Below, in pieces: positions 51,999 through 52,659 of a stretch of 52,659 nt of DNA. Positions within the stretch are counted from its first letter, which is position 1. Each line of letters starts with the position of its first letter. The notes below the pieces were generated by a model. That model saw nothing but the letters and a program-made list of their open reading frames with translations. It did not search any database and was not told the DNA's origin. A program made the position numbers and the translations under genes. This DNA comes from a virus (lineage: Duplodnaviria > Caudoviricetes): IMG/VR virus record IMGVR_UViG_3300020042_002183, positions 1 through 52,659 of that record. One strand, 5' to 3'.

Positions 51999-52421
51999 CT
52001 AAGCAAACATTCGTGTCCCAGCCTTGTCGATGATTAACGCCTGCTTTCGTGGCGGAGTATTAACAGTGTTTGAGATACTGATGTGTGTCCAAGCATCAAA
52101 CTCACGGATGATCTGGTCGTATTCCAAGCCAGAAGCTATGACCGCCCTGACAACCTCATCAGGAGTCATACCGGGAACCCGAAAATCGCAAGCTACGCCG
52201 ACCCTATGCTGGCTGGAATCTCGACTTCCAACTGCATCATTCACAGCCTTACTGCGGAAGGCAGAGTTCACCATAATTGGCTTGCCATCCAGCGCTTCCT
52301 TGACCTGTTCCAAGAACTCAGCAAGGCGTTGGAGGTTGGCAGTTTCGGCTTCGTTTGGCGTGTTGTCCAGTGTGCGGTGGTTGGTAGCGGTCAGTTCCGC
52401 AAGGGTGAAGTGTGGGGTCAT
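51999..52421 (-). CDS. Endolysin, peptidase M15A
   Basis: HFTLAEL, NSAFRS..VN.AVG...SSQH..G.ACD, WTHIS zinc-peptidase motifs. Confidence 0.88.
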   Translation of the reverse strand: MTPHFTLAELTATNHRTLDNTPNEAETANLQRLAEFLEQVKEALDGKPIMVNSAFRSKAVNDAVGSRDSSQHRVGVACDFRVPGMTPDEVVRAVIASGLEYDQIIREFDAWTHISISNTVNTPPRKQALIIDKAGTRMFA

Positions 52422-52659
52422 TTCTTGCTCAGTTTCATGTCAGCCAACTTCTCGACTGTGCGTCCGCCAAAGTACGCGAGGAAAATAATCTGTCCCCACT
52501 GGCCCAGCAAGTTGACGTAGGACTCTTGTGCGTTGTAACCAAACGCTGACATCATTGTGAACAGGAAGAACGCTACAAATATTGCGATCAAAGCCATTGG
52601 CCTGATGTTTTTAGATAGCCACGAATCACTACCCATGTCAGAGCGCCAGCGGTCTGTGA
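52418..52659 (-). CDS. Holin, 3' part (continues from 293 across the origin)
   Basis: SDSWLSKNIRP...AYFGGRTVEK with TM helices. Confidence 0.8.
   Translation of the reverse strand, partial: TDRWRSDMGSDSWLSKNIRPMALIAIFVAFFLFTMMSAFGYNAQESYVNLLGQWGQIIFLAYFGGRTVEKLADMKLSKK
52539..52659. repeat. Terminal direct repeat (copy 2)
   Basis: Identical to 1-121. Confidence 0.97.

Noticed and set aside
52539-52659. 121-bp terminal repeat as a biological direct terminal repeat
   Set aside because: It falls mid-holin and is an exact overlap of k-mer-like length, so it is best explained as an assembly circularisation overlap.

Overview
The window is a complete, circularly assembled dsDNA tailed-phage genome. 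Bases 1-121 repeat at 52539-52659, giving about 52,538 bp unique. It looks podovirus-like: there are ejection/internal virion genes, and no tape measure, sheath or tube was recognised. Nearly all genes are on the minus strand: lysis (M15 endolysin, origin-spanning holin), several tail fibres, a capsid block (MCP, scaffold, GroES, portal), a 2238-aa polyvalent protein between portal and terminase, terL/terS, many small early genes, RusA, a Ref-like HNH nuclease, a lambda-type O/P replication pair, a Cro-like regulator and a tRNA-Met. One short plus-strand operon (34153-38011) carries SSB, an exonuclease, a lipoprotein and a Tad2/DUF2829 protein. No integrase, CI repressor, DNA polymerase or helicase was recognised. 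Most notable: (1) a Tad2-family anti-defence sponge fused to a 32-aa copy of the phage's own scaffold C-terminus; (2) a 1705-aa tail protein holding 11 beta-rich domains nested like balanced parentheses; (3) a [YFML]-[AKQ]-x-G-G motif shared by several proteins that also punctuates the giant protein; (4) structured non-coding RNAs and a hybrid tRNA-Met. Family assignments come from motif recognition by eye, not database searches.
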